From Massalongia carnosa (Eukaryota), in contig OZ287082.1 in the NCBI GenBank assembly GCA_965645245.1, positions 1,302,001-1,366,000 on the forward strand: a DNA stretch of 64,000 nucleotides, given 5' to 3'. The notes below the pieces were generated by a model, which saw only the letters and a list, made by a program, of their open reading frames with translations, did not search any database and was not told the DNA's origin. Position numbers and translations under genes: made by a program. How positions within the stretch are numbered: the first letter of the stretch is position 1; each line of letters begins with the position of its first letter. Positions 24,357 to 37,400 of this stretch are shown here, piece after piece.

Positions 24357-26799
24357 CTATATGAATCCTACGCTGAAGTAGTTACACATGCCATTGACCT
24401 GCAGCCGTTGGATCTCTTCGCTGCTTCTTGTGGCATCGCGAATGATCTGCCGGTGCACTTTCTGCGCCAAAGGTGCCCACTCCTCTCCAATACGGTCCAC
24501 CAGCGTCAGAACCAAGTCAATGGACTCGCGGCTGGGGACACCTTGGGTGCTTCCCCGGTCAAGGATGAGGAAGCGGCTGCAAACAAAATAGGAGTTCAAC
24601 AAAAACGGATTCAAGAGGGTCTCTGGGGACTTGCTAGCAGTGTTCCGAAGATTCTCGAGCATGCTTTGTATCGTGGTTACACAAAGTTCGAACATTGGGT
24701 GCTTGACTCTTTCGTCCGATGGTCCTGACTCGGCCAAGTCGTGTTTGGAAATGGAGGGACAGAATAGAAGTACGCTACAGGTTTGAAGTAGCACCTTGAG
24801 CCATAGATGCAAGACAGATTCCATAAAGTCAGCATTTTGCTCCTCGGCGAGGGGTTTAGACAAAGCGAAGCCAAATAGGTGTGTGATGTTCTCCAGGCTC
24901 GCAAATGTGTCGCGGTATTCTTGGCTATCGTGCGGAAGATGCAAATGAGTATGAAATGTGAGAATGCGGCCGAGGAGGACCGAAACATAATAGAGGTGCC
25001 TAATCGATGGCTTCGAACTCGGATAGCGTAATATGTATGGACCCATTAGGATGGTAAGATCCGTGGTGAAACATACGGACTGGTCCAGACAAAGCTTATC
25101 CTACTAGAAATCAGCATAGGTCATTCTAAGCCCAGCTAACGTCAACGGCAAGTCCGCTATCTAAGTGAACTCGAAGAGAGGAGCAGCGTAAATCCTAATG
25201 CGGTCAGGACACTCACACCACAGTCTGCGTTCTGAAAAATATCATCTTCTATGGGAAAATTCACCCGAAACTGCCCCTCATCGATGGCCAAGGGGAATCC
25301 CACGAAACAGGAGATGAATCTGTCAAGCAGAAACAATGTCCATACTGTCTTCCGCTGTTCTTCCTTTTCAATATAGTTTTGCGGTCTTGAAGCTAGGCAC
25401 GAACGCTCCGCACGATCGTAATCAACCCGGTCGAGTCTCAGTAGTGCTGCTAGCCGACATGCTTTCCCCAAGAAAAGCCATGCCTCTGTCAGATCTCCAG
25501 ACGTGTAGATTTGGAACACAACCCATACCGCAGCTTGCAGAGTCTGAATCGAGCACGCATTTTGACTGGATTGCCTGTCGAAAATGGACCTTGCACGAGC
25601 CAGTAATACAGGCTGCAGACAACGGAGGTAGGATTGCCCGTGCCGAGAAACGGCGACGGAGAGGAGGGCCCAGAAAAGTGGGGACGACTTTGCAGTTTCT
25701 GTATCGGACTTGACCCGGTTGATGTACGTTCTGTGGTGGATGCAGGGCAGGAAGGGGTGGTAGTCATCAAAGAAAACTTCTAGCAAGTCGATTATGTTTT
25801 CTGGCGATAATGGGAAATCCTCTGACGGCAGAGATCTTGGCGATTCTGCAATAGTTGTCGACATTCCAGTTCCAGTCTGCGCTGCCGACGATCCCGTCCT
25901 TTCGGATATTCGGACTGACGCTTTTGATTTTGCTGTGAAAACAGGCGACAGTCGTTTGCCTTGCTCTGGATGATCGGATTTTCCTTCCCCTGAAGTTTGG
26001 TGGGTGGAAATACTAGCTAGCAAATTGGAGTACTGCTCCGGCTCTTGGGAGAATGGGGTATCGACAAAACTTGTGCTTGAGGTCCTCATCGTATGAGATT
26101 CTTGATCAGGATCGACCCTCGACGATCGAAGCTCTGATCTAGGATTGTGCATATCCGGAGATAAAAGGATATCAGGGTGTTCGCCTCTTGAGCTCCTGCC
26201 ACTGTTCGTCCAGCTGAAGTCCCTCCAACCGTGACGAGAGTTGTGATAGCTATCGGTCGCCCCTTGGTCTACACTGCTACACTCAGACGCAGGCCATGAC
26301 TGATTCAGATTTCCGAGTTCTGGAGGTATGCTTGAATGCCAGGGCATTGGTTTGGAATTGCCTGTTGTAGATTCCCAGCTTGGATAGAATTCCGCTGCGG
26401 TGCCCGCTAAGTAGTAATTGTCTGGTTCGTTATAGCCTCCTCGGAGGGCTTTTGCCTGCCTTTCGTTGCCAAGAGGCGCTGCTGGCTTTGGGATCGTATA
26501 GACGCACACCTCCTCGTATTTGGAACATAGAGAACAGACTGGTAATTTGGACTTCAGGAAGACTTGTGAGTAACCGTCATTTATTCATCTCGCACACAGT
26601 AACTCACATCGCAGGCCTTTTTGCGTGATCGACAGTTGGAGCAGGCTTGCTTCCTTCCCGTGCCTCGAGACCTGGTGGCGTTTGGGCTCGTGGAAGGATC
26701 AACAGTAGTGCCATTCACGGCTCCTAATCCGTAGGTCGTGTTTGCCGGCTGCACGAACGAGTTGTAGGAGAAGATGTTTTCGGTTGGAAATGCGCACAT
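24357..26799 (-). CDS. Zn(II)2Cys6 transcription factor with fungal-specific TF domain
   Basis: After removing one intron the finger reads ACSNCRSRKKACDSKLPVCSLCSKYEEVCVY. The middle homology region has FFDDYHPFLPCIH, ACRLAALLRLD and EEQRKTVWTLFLLD. Confidence 0.92.
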
Positions 26800-27275
26800 C
26801 GCTGCTGCATCAGGGGGTAGCTCGTATGCTCGTTAGGATGCCACTAGCTGGTGAAATAGCGGGGCCAAGCACACTAAATTTATGCTTGGGTAGAACGATA
26901 CGATTCGTGGTGACGGTAATGTCGTTACATAGAGTATATCATTATATCCAAATGTGATTTGGTACATTTCACAAACTTGATCATCATAATGACATCGTTA
27001 CAGAGAAGATTTACTAGATGTTTAAGGGAAAAATCTTAGCATGCGGCTGGAAAAAAGAAAGCATCAACGTGCAGCCGAAATCTCACCAGAGTATTGTTCT
27101 TTATTATCAAACTTCCACATTTTCATTCGAAGAATTATTCGGCGATCTGATTTGCGATAGTATGCGTAGATAGACTGAGTCTTTACAGTCAAAAATGTCT
27201 ATGCTAAGATGAATATTGATAAAAATGGGGTGGGACTTGGAGCCTCACACATGACTGCTTTTCTCAATTACGTGC

Positions 27276-27514
27276 CACGCGGTGCCAAAAAAGTTCCCAT
27301 ATCAAATCAAGCGAAACCGTCAAAGTCCAGAAATGCAAAGGTTTTAGAGATTTTTCAACAAATAAAACTTCAGTATTACTGCTTCAAAACTTTCATACAA
27401 ACTGCTTGATGTTAAAAGAAAAATCCTATAAAGCTCAATTTTACAATTGATAAATAGGGTGATTTTATTATCTTACTCAGTTCTTTGGGTGGGAACTTTT
27501 TTGGCCCCCGTGTG
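27276..27514. mobile_element. MITE with CAC...GTG termini and 5-bp TSD CGTGC (Transib-like ends)
   Basis: Left end CACGCGGTGCCAAAAAAGTTCCCA. Right end reverse complement CACACGGGGGCCAAAAAAGTTCCCA. CGTGC lies at 27271-27275 and 27515-27519. Confidence 0.8.
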
Positions 27515-28250
27515 CGTGCTACCGAAGCACACGGTTCGACCCGCAAAATAGAGAAGTTTGTAGTGCCAGTTCAATGCCCAAATTGACCAGACTCGAACGT
27601 ACAAGAAAACAACCATTATGAAAATATTCCGTATAAATCTTATTTTCCTGCAGGAGTTCAAAACATGAAAGCACATCACTCGGTCCTTGCAAATTTAATC
27701 ACATCATTCAATTTTTGCTGTGTCGTTTATCATGTGGAAAGTACGGGGAAATACCCCTAAAGAAATATCATGTCGGGAGATGCGTCGCTGCATCCTTTAA
27801 TTAGCTTCGGACTTACTTAGCTTGTGACTACCGAGCGATGAAGTGCTCGCACTGCAGGCCAGAGGTACAGCAAGATCAAGAGAACACTCTCGGTTGTATC
27901 CATGACACACATGGACTGGCGGCGACTGGCCTGTGCTCGCAGATTGGTGCAATACATGGATCATCAGTCATCCACTATCATATATGTGCTTTGCCTTAGC
28001 CAACATCGGTGCCTGATTCCCTGCTTTACCTCCATTACAGTCAGTGCGGCTGATCCTTATCGTTGAGGACTATTAGTGTCCGAGACGATCAGTAGGTGGC
28101 CGCATACCTTCTTTATGTGTGCACATTTCCATGTCTTCTCAAAGCTCTTGTTCAAGAACACTGTGAAGCACTTCACCGGTCTAAGTCGGCTATCGACATT
28201 TTCGTAGTTTTATTTGTCACTTTTCACTCTATCTGCAAGGAACAGTCAGC

Positions 28251-29590
28251 ATGTCCAGTCAAGATCTTGGTCGGCTCATAAATTCAGTAAGCACGGCGAT
28301 GATCGTGTTGACAACATCATTCGTTGCTTTGAGGTTTTTCTCTCGGAAGGTCTCCAAGACCGACATTGGGTGGGATGATTTGTTTGCTCTTGCCTCTCTG
28401 GTAATCATAGCCCTCCATTCCGCTGAGATTAGCCAGCATACTAACTTCATATGAAAGCCCTTCTCGCTTGCGATATCTGTGTCTATGTACTTTGGTATGT
28501 AGCGTTGTCAAAGGATCACATGGGACCATGCTGAATACTCTTGTAAAGCTGTCGCGCATGGTTACGGCACTTCAAAAGGTGATAGACAATATTACTACCA
28601 TGTCACGTTCTTCGGCGAGTTTTTCTGGTATACGAGCTTCCTATTTACCAAGATCTCCGTCCTATTCTTCTACAAGCGTGTGTTTGGCACTGCGCCTGGA
28701 TTGAAAATCGCTCTTCAAGCCATAGGTGGCATAACGATACTATGGTGGATTATCATCGTATTCGTCACCATCTTCCAATGCAGTCCGGTCTCAGGGATGT
28801 CGGTCCATGCGCCAGGAGCGGTTTGCATACCGCCAATACCATTCTTCCTCGGCCAATCTATCCCAAACATTATTACGGACTTTGCAATTCTTTTGATTCC
28901 GCTGCCAATTCTATGGAAACTTCAAATGCGTGTTCAAAAGAAGGTCTTCCTCGTGGTGATCTTTGTGGTTGGCTATTTGTATGTCTAGACCTACTGGTAC
29001 AACCCCTGATCGCTAACTCTGGTGCGTTTCAGCGTTCCTATCATATCTATTGTTCGTATCATCTATTTCATTAGGCTTGGCCGGAGACCTGGTCAGCATA
29101 GTACTTGTGAGTAAAACACTAAACCTTTCTCTTTGATGATCATTGGGTCGCCTAATACAAGACAGACGACAGCGCGCTCGCCACTACCTGGTCCATACTG
29201 GAGCCAGCTTCGGCATTGATAGGTGCCTGCATACCAAGTCTCTCCTTTATCATCAGAAGGTCATTCGAAATAACCTACGACTCTCTGGCATCTCTGTGGT
29301 CAAGATCCGCAAGAAGCAGCTCGAACTTGGGAACTGGCGGGTTTTTAAGCCGTCATGAAAAGAAGTGGCCTCACTCCGATCATGACAGCACTGACAAGCT
29401 ACAACACGGCCGCTCTCGTGCGGTCTGGGATCAAGCTAATGGATCTCAACCCACGACAGTTTCGAAGGGTGGCCCGAACCCGCAAGCTAAGAGTCTGAAC
29501 GGGGGCGATCTGGAGTCTGCCCGCGGTGCCGCGCAGATCTATGTAAAAGATGACTTCTCGGTCAATTCTGAGTGTATGACAACGATTTAA
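28251..29590 (+). CDS. PTH11-like (fungal rhodopsin-domain, CFEM-less) integral membrane protein
   Basis: Motifs FVALRFFSR..IGWDD, TKISVLFFYKRVF, IFQCSP, NIITDFAILLIPLPILWKLQM and WSILE..IGACIP. Multi-exon. Confidence 0.88.
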
Positions 29591-30763
29591 ATGGCCTTGC
29601 TGTATTATCGCTTGTATTTTGATGATTACAAAGGCAGGTGAACATCTTTGTATAGAGAGCCTGATCAGGAGCAGCAGGGCAACCCGCCCTACGAGTTGTA
29701 CATGTAGGAGTATCTGAAACTCTTTTATTAGATACCTGAATACATGTCTCGTAGCTCTTTCTGCATTTATATCGCCATATGGTTCATGCTCGTCCTATGC
29801 GACCCCTGGTACGGTCTGCTCATGGGATTTGCACAGAATGCCGCTTTCTAGCTAGCGGCGACGCATCTTTTAACTAAGTTATATATATAAAGAAAGGAAA
29901 TCTCACTATAAGAGCGAAGTCTCAATAACTGGGCCTATGTTACCATTGTCATGAAATGTATTGGATACGGAGGATTCATGTCTAAGGGGAAAATTCGATG
30001 CTATGTATACGGGTAATTCCTAGCTAGTGAGCCTTACAAGGGTAAGTAAAAGTTTTGACCAAATACCCCTGTTGAGGATTCTATGGAAAATCCACAACAG
30101 GAATGATTAGTTTGGGGATCCGTAATGTCTGAGTATTTCAAGAAAGAGGGTGGAATCTTCATATTTTATCCGGTTCTATAAACCTTGACGGGTTAGAGCT
30201 TCACATCTCCAAGTCCACTGCATCTCAAAATTCGTTATTTTTTCAGTTTTCTTTCAATGATTTACAGTTTACAACATTCGTGTTCAATACATCAATTATA
30301 TAGCGATAAAATATGGCGATAATAAAACGTAATTGAATGATTCGATGAATTAATAATGTATTAGATATAAAACAGTTCTATATAAAATACTTAAACAATG
30401 ATAGTTTTATATTGAATATAGCGGTAAAATTAATCCAAAAAAAAGTTTGAGAAAGGAGAAGGGGCTTGAGTTGTAGCGGATTTTGATGTATGGGATTCTA
30501 AATCCCTAAGATTTAGGCCCTCCGACTGGGGATCGGTTAACTCTACCATTTCCGTGCTTACTAGACATGCTATCTTGCGCGTCTTACCAGGTCGACTCAT
30601 GGAGCTCGATCTGGAGCGTATTTCAAGGCACTGTTGTCCCTTCGTCATATCTTGCAACGACAAAGCCGGACAAAATACCATACAACAATCAAGTTAAATT
30701 GGGTATGTCTAGGAGGATGAGCCCGGCTGAGAGCTTTCATCGATATCACCAGGATTTCAAATT

Positions 30764-32547
30764 TCATGCCCTCACTTCAATCCCAGCAGAAGTCGCAAAT
30801 TGCAGCATAGCCAGGAACAGTTCCAATAGAAACTAGCAACGATTATTAGTCCTTGCCTCCTAGTAAACCCTGGTGGACTGTTTTACCAGAAAATGCGAAT
30901 CCAGCGGCGCGGGTAGGCCATTACCTAAGCTCCAAGACCACACTGAGCCCCCAATTGCTGGTCCGACAGCACGGCCAAAAGACATGCCGGTTTGAGCGAT
31001 CCTGCAGGGTTATTGGTCAGCGAGCAGATCAAGGAATCGAAAGGGCAACAAGGCGGGTTGAAACCTACCCCATCAGGGCACCGCGGCTCGAAGGTGAGAC
31101 GACGTTGTTAAGCTTGTGATCGTGTAAATATCCAAGCAACAGAATGATTTCGGACTATACAACTCACGAGAATGCCCATGCTCGTGTACGCAATCACGTT
31201 AGCTGCGAAGCGGACACCTAACAAGGCGAACAGTGCTATCCATTTCGACGTCTGCTCGTGGGTATGTAGAACGGACGCGAGATCCGGGAGGAACGAGAAT
31301 AATGGATAAGTGACGGCAAGAATCATGGCTGAAGTACGCCAGAGCGAGAGCGCGGGGAATCGACTGCTCAGGAAAGGGAAAAGGACCAAGGCGGCAACGA
31401 TGAGTACTGGACCCATGACTGACAAGGAGAAAGCAATCCCTGAAGGCAGGAGGCCTAGGCCGTATGGGGGCGTTGCTGATGCATAGATGGGGTATATTTC
31501 GTCGAAGATTATGGCGTGGAAGGCTAAGAGCCTATTGAAGGTTTAGTATGTCGGATTTCGCGCTCTGTAAGTCTGGAAGCTATTATTTCATAAAAAACGT
31601 ACATGATTCCCGCAAGGCAAGATATCTTGGATAGTTGGTTTCTAATGTTACTTTGGGTTTCGGGGTTGGGAAGAAGATCATGGGCTTGCCGGGCGAGTAG
31701 AGAATGTCTTTCTGAAACTCCGTTTTCTATGCTATCTTCTTCACTTGGGGTAGCCTTGTGGAGCAAGATTTTTTCAGATATGGCCGGATTTGTCTCCCGC
31801 AACAAGAGCATGGAAAATCCAGCTAAGAGAATGTTGTAGCAACTGCCAACCAAGCAAGCGAGTAGATAAGGGTACTCTGAGAAGTACTGTCGTGGGCCTC
31901 CAGATGAAAACCGATCTCCTGGTATAGACAAATATCCTCCGATCAAGGGCCCAACGATGTATCCTATAGCAGAACAAAGCCCAAAGAGAGAGTACGTCTT
32001 CCCTTGGTCTAGCTGAGTATGGCTTGCAAGCTCACCAATGGCCGTCCTCGAGACACCAGCATTGCCTATCTACCGTCAGCGTTCGGCACACAGGGTATCA
32101 CCCTTTGCATGTTCCATCATACCATTGAAAAGGCCACAGATGGCACGAGATAAGGTGGCCCAAATCAAAGACTTTGAGAATCCGAATGAAATGATACCCA
32201 CTGCACCTCCAACTAGGCCAAGGATCATTACCGGCTTCCTTCCAAACTTGTCAGAAGCAACTCCCCAGAGAGTGGCCGTGAGGGTCTGAGATAGGAAGAA
32301 ACTGGACGCTATTCATCCCATTAGTTCCTTCGTCGCCAGAAGCTCCTAGGGTACCCTCACTTATGACACCAGCCCAAAATCCCACATATTGCTCGTCAAC
32401 CCCCTCGAATCTACGGACCATTGGGTAGATGAATGGAAAGAGGATAGTGGCAAGGAGCGATTCCGCAATCACGATGGCGCAAATGGTGGTAATTGTTCTT
32501 GCAACTGGGAAGCCTGGTTGCAAGATAGGCGACGGGGGATGAGCCAT
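30764..32547 (-). CDS. MFS transporter (DHA1/ZIFL-like, 12-TMS), multi-exon
   Basis: Motifs LFPFIYPMV, WGVASDKFGRKPV, FGFSKSL..RAICGLFNG, GPLIGGYLS, YPYLLAC and GRAVGPAIGGSVWSWS. Stop is at 30764. Confidence 0.88.
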
Positions 32548-32973
32548 GGTGTTTGGGCTGAGTCATCAACACTCAATAGCAGCGACTTCTCGAGCTTTAG
32601 GATGAAATGGTAAAATCAAGCTTATAAATTCTTAAAAGCAGACAATATCAAGAGTTCTGGAGCAAAACGGGAACATCCAATCAAGAGCATTGCTTTGCCT
32701 TGGTAGACAGATACCTAGCTCGGACCATAACTGCATACTCGTCTCAAGCTTGTTAGGCATCCCTAGTCAGGGTATCTGTATGTACATCAACGCCATGAGG
32801 ATGAGACATCCCGACTACTGAGGCTAGAAAAAGAGGCACAGCTTCGGATGATGGACACAGCCTGGCTCCGGGGGGCCAAACCTTGTCTACCTTCAAAATC
32901 TCGCGGGCTTGGTGCTCTATCTGAAGTGATAGTAAGGTGGTAAGGATCGGAAATGACTTTTTCATGATGACGA

Positions 32974-33673
32974 CTAACCCGATTGGGAAGTGAGTAATTC
33001 AGGTACATTGATCAGCTGCGGCACGCTGAAATGGGGACAGATATTTTCCAGGTTGAAGGGTAAGTCCAATGAATAAGTGTCTCTGACTTTGCTCATGGTT
33101 GCAAGAGCATCATGACAGTCCCGTACCAGTTCAGTCGCTGTGCCCGTCGCACTCAGAACCTGCCGAGTACCAACGGCATAAGCACCATTAGGCTTATCAA
33201 AATAGCTCAGCCCAAGCTGGCCGAGCTCGCCGTTTCCTAGGTCCAATGCTGCCAGTATGTAGTCGTCCTCAAAATCAGGAACTTCGGGATGGGAGGCATT
33301 GTAGTTTTGCACGTGCGCGCGGCAGCCGTTTGGATTACAATCGAGTGACGTCGTATACTCATACCAGTCGAAATTGAGAGAACGAGGGTCACAATGTGAG
33401 TGATCGGCTCCGGGAGTTGCTGGCAGCCACCTATGGAGCAACTAAGCAGATGACGATGCTCGAGAAGAAAGAGGCTCACCAGCCAAAACTCAGATAGCCT
33501 ATGGGGGTGAAATAACAAAAGAAATTTGCGGCAACAAAAGTGCTATTTCCGGGCCAAGTCGAAACTCTGTTGGGATAAATCACCACGGAGGTGCCATGAA
33601 AGACTTGTTGCGCATTCAATGTAACGGCAATCAGGAGAACGACGAACAGAGAGCAGCGATGAATATTGAGCAT
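32974..33673 (-). CDS. Hypothetical secreted protein, divergent from the PKS-NRPS
   Basis: The ATG at 33673 gives a signal-peptide-like MLNIHRCSLFVVLLIAVTLNA. A GT-AG intron joins it in frame to the 32974..33441 ORF. The 3' exon structure is uncertain and may extend to ~32753. Confidence 0.55.
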
Positions 33674-34408
33674 ACTGACAACCCGAATGAAGAGCCTCGG
33701 AGCTTTGTTAGCGATTACAGAAGGCCGATAGGTTGACAGTGTTGATATCTGTATCGACCTGGTCGGCTCCTTTCGGCGACACGGGCAGGTGCCAAGGGAT
33801 TTGACTTCTGCCCGCCCGCCGCTAATGCAGTGGCGGGCCGCCAAATTGTGCCACACAACGTCACTCGGTCCGACTCCGCCACTCCGCTTTTGCTTACTTC
33901 GTAATCAACCGTGCCTTACCTTACCTAAGCAACCCACCTCCCCAATACTAAGAAAACTCGCTTCGTGTGAGGCACGCACAGGTTTAGGCGTGGAGCTCCG
34001 TTCATCTACCAAATCTCTTGAGAGTCTTCTGGATGGGGGAAGTCCGAGATTCTTCGCAGCACTTGTGCCACGTTTCAAACGATACAAGGCACAGGACAAG
34101 GTGATAGCAAAGACTCTAAGTGACGCCTTACAGAAACCCACTCTCTGAGCTGAGTTGAATGAGATGACTGCTCACGCCTTCAAAGTGCAGGGCTGTGGGT
34201 GGCGAAGCTGCTTCAAGCCATGCTAGGCTCCGAGTGTTGAGTGCCGCACGGAAACGTGATATTTCCAAGTCAATCTCTGTCACGCACTGCAGGAATATGA
34301 GAGGAGAATGACGGCCTCATTCGCACGGAAGCCGTGCACTTCTCAGAGAGATCGAGTGCTCCTTCGGATTCTGGTGGAAATTTCCGAGAATCGAACCCTT
34401 CTTGACTT

Positions 34409-37400
34409 ATGATCATGGACTCTTTAACAGCGTGTGATGACGATATCGCCATCATTGGTATGTCATGTAGAGTAAGTGGTGCGAACACTCCCTCGGAGCT
34501 GTGGAACAACTTGGTCTCGTCCAAGGAATGCCAGCACGAGATCGACCGGTTCAATATAGCAGGATTTTACCACAAGTCTGGAGGACGAAGGCAAGGCCTT
34601 ACGAATGTTCGCCATGCCTACTTCCTGGACGAGGGAGTCGACAAGTTTGATCACGACTTCTTCTCCATATCTCCTCGTGAAGCTTCTGCTATGGATCCCC
34701 AGCAGCGATTACTACTTGAGATTGCATATGAAGCGCTTGAAAATGCAGGTATACCGCTTGAAAAAGCCGTTGGAACTGACACGGCTGTGTATGTAGGTAT
34801 GTATTCACTCTTCTGCTTGGAACGATCAAGTTCTTATCCAAAACACTATTAGGATTATCGACCAGTGACTATGCTGCGAATAATCTCCGCGACATTGATT
34901 CACTGCCTGAGTACCACTCAACAGGAGCGGCAAATGCTATGGCGGCGAACAGGGTAAGCTATTTTTTTGACTGGCATGGACCATCAATGGTCATCGACAC
35001 AGCTTGCTCGTCGACTGCAACGGCGCTTCATCAAGCGATCTTGGGCTTAAAAACGAAGGATACCACAATGGCTTTGGTTTGCGGTTCGAATCTGATCATC
35101 AGCCCAGATATGTTCGTACACATGTCAACGCTTGGATTCTTGAGCCCTAGTGGAAATTGCAAGAGCTTTGATTCCTCTGCAGACGGCTATGCTCGAGGTG
35201 AAGGGGTGACAGCAATCTTGTTAAAGCCTTTCAAGGAAGCGTTAAGTGCAGAAGACCCAGTTCGCGCCGTAATCAAAGGATCCAGGGTCAATCAGGATGG
35301 TCGGACAAGCGGCATCACATCACCATCGTCAGAAGCTCAACGACGAAACATAGAACAGCTCTATAGCATTAAGAAACTTGATCCTGGTAGCATCCAGTAC
35401 GTAGAAGCTCATGTAAGCCTTCACCCCTACCCAACTTGTTTACGTAAAAGAGCTGAACGATGTTTTAGGGTACTGGAACATCAGCCGGAGACCCTTGCGA
35501 ACTATCTGCACTCAACGAGATCTTCAGGAAATCCCATACGATACAGAAGCTCATTGTTGGTTCTGTCAAGAGTAACATCGGGCATCTAGAAGCTAGTGCG
35601 GCCTTGATAAGCATTGTACTAAAGCTTTGCCATGAGAAAGTCAAGTTAATGCTAATGGAATGAACAGATCAAAACCGTTGAATGCCTCGAAAGGGGCTGG
35701 ATACCACCACAGATGCACTTTCGAGAACCCAATCCGAATATTGACTTCTCCACAATTGAAATTCCAACCAAGACTCTAAAATGGCCAGAAAGTGGAAGTG
35801 GAGTAAGACGCGCAGCAGTCAATTCTTTTGGCTTCGGTGGAACTAACGGCCATATCGTGCTTGACCATTTCCCCAAGCGCGTTTTGAAACCTTCCATCTC
35901 TGACCGACCTTTCTTGTTCAAAGTATCGGCAACATCAGAGTCCTCTCTTTATCTACTATCGGACAAATACGCAGATTATGCTCTTACTCACTTGCCCAAC
36001 CTCATGGATCTTGCGCATACATTATTGACTCATCGTTCATCTTTTAGAAGGACTCTATACTTCACAGCTTCCAGCCATGCCGATTTCGCCGAGAAACTTC
36101 GGCAGCTAAGGGAGCAGCAGACTACATCATTAGCGAGGAGCCCATCCTCAAGCAAGGAGTTGGCGTTTGTTTTTACTGGCCAGGGAGCGCAATGGTATGA
36201 AATTACTCAGGTTCCCACTGATTATTCACACAGCTGATCCATTTAGGGCTGGCATGGGGAGAGGACTGCTAAACCATTCACCAAGTTTTACTGCGATAAT
36301 CAAACGATGTGACGATGCCCTTGCGGAGCTACCGAGCGGTCCCACTTGGACCATTCAGTCTCAGCTGAGCCAGCCACCAGAGACATCATTTCTCCATGTC
36401 CCAAGTGTTTCTCAAGTTGTTTGCACAGCGCTTCAGATCGGACTTGTTGCAATCTGGAAGACGTGGGGTCTGAAGCCGTCAGTTGTTCTGGGGCACTCTT
36501 CAGGGGAAATAGCTGCCGCATACACCGCGGGGATGTTATCCCTACGTGATTCTATGGCCATAGCTTTCTATCGAGGTGCTTGCATGGGCGACGATGGACA
36601 ACTTTCTATCCAGAACTTTAATGGCGCAATGTGTGTCGTTAGCATGAACGAAGTCGAATGCGAAGCCACTCTCTCTCCCTATGAGGGCCGCGTGGCACTG
36701 GCTGCCGTCAACTCACCTACCAGCTGTACTCTGTCCGGAGATCGAGATGCCATTGACGAGATCTTAGTATCTTGTAAAGCGGACGGCATTTTCTGCAGAG
36801 CGCTGCGGTTAAACGTCGGTATGTATTCTGTATCGAATCCTTCTCAGAAATCCCAAGAGAAAGACCTCCCGTTCGAAATAAACCGGAATGACTGACGAAC
36901 TCCAGCCTATCACTCTCGCCATATGCTTCCGTTTGCGCCGTCTTATATCCAGGATTTGGTGAATGCCGACATATCTCCTCTCAATGTCGAGGAAGAGTCA
37001 CCATGTGAAATGTTCTCTTCGGTCACACAGCGAAAGATAAGTGCACAAGAGCTCTTGCCGGTCTACTGGGCCCAGAACATGGTCTCTACAGTCCGCTTTG
37101 CGGCAGCATTGAAGGAAGCTAGCCGGTACCATAAGGATCTCGCATTTCTTGAGATAGGGCCGCATCCCGCACTCAAATCCGCCGTGATAGATACCATGGC
37201 TGCTACGGGCCTACCAGATGTTACATACTTCCATTCTTGCCATCGATACGAATCGGACTTTGAGACTATGCTGAAATCAGCTGGCGAAATGATTGATGCA
37301 GGTTTACCTATTAATCGCACATCAATCAATAGGGTGGACAGGATGATCGAGTCTAATCTAGTACATGAAACCGGTAGCGTATTAACAGATCTGCCCAGTT

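Noticed and set aside
33340..33385. Unknown protein as an Fsa2/CghA-type Diels-Alderase
   Set aside because: NFDWYEY only loosely resembles the WWYFD motif, and the protein looks shorter and secreted. Left unassigned.
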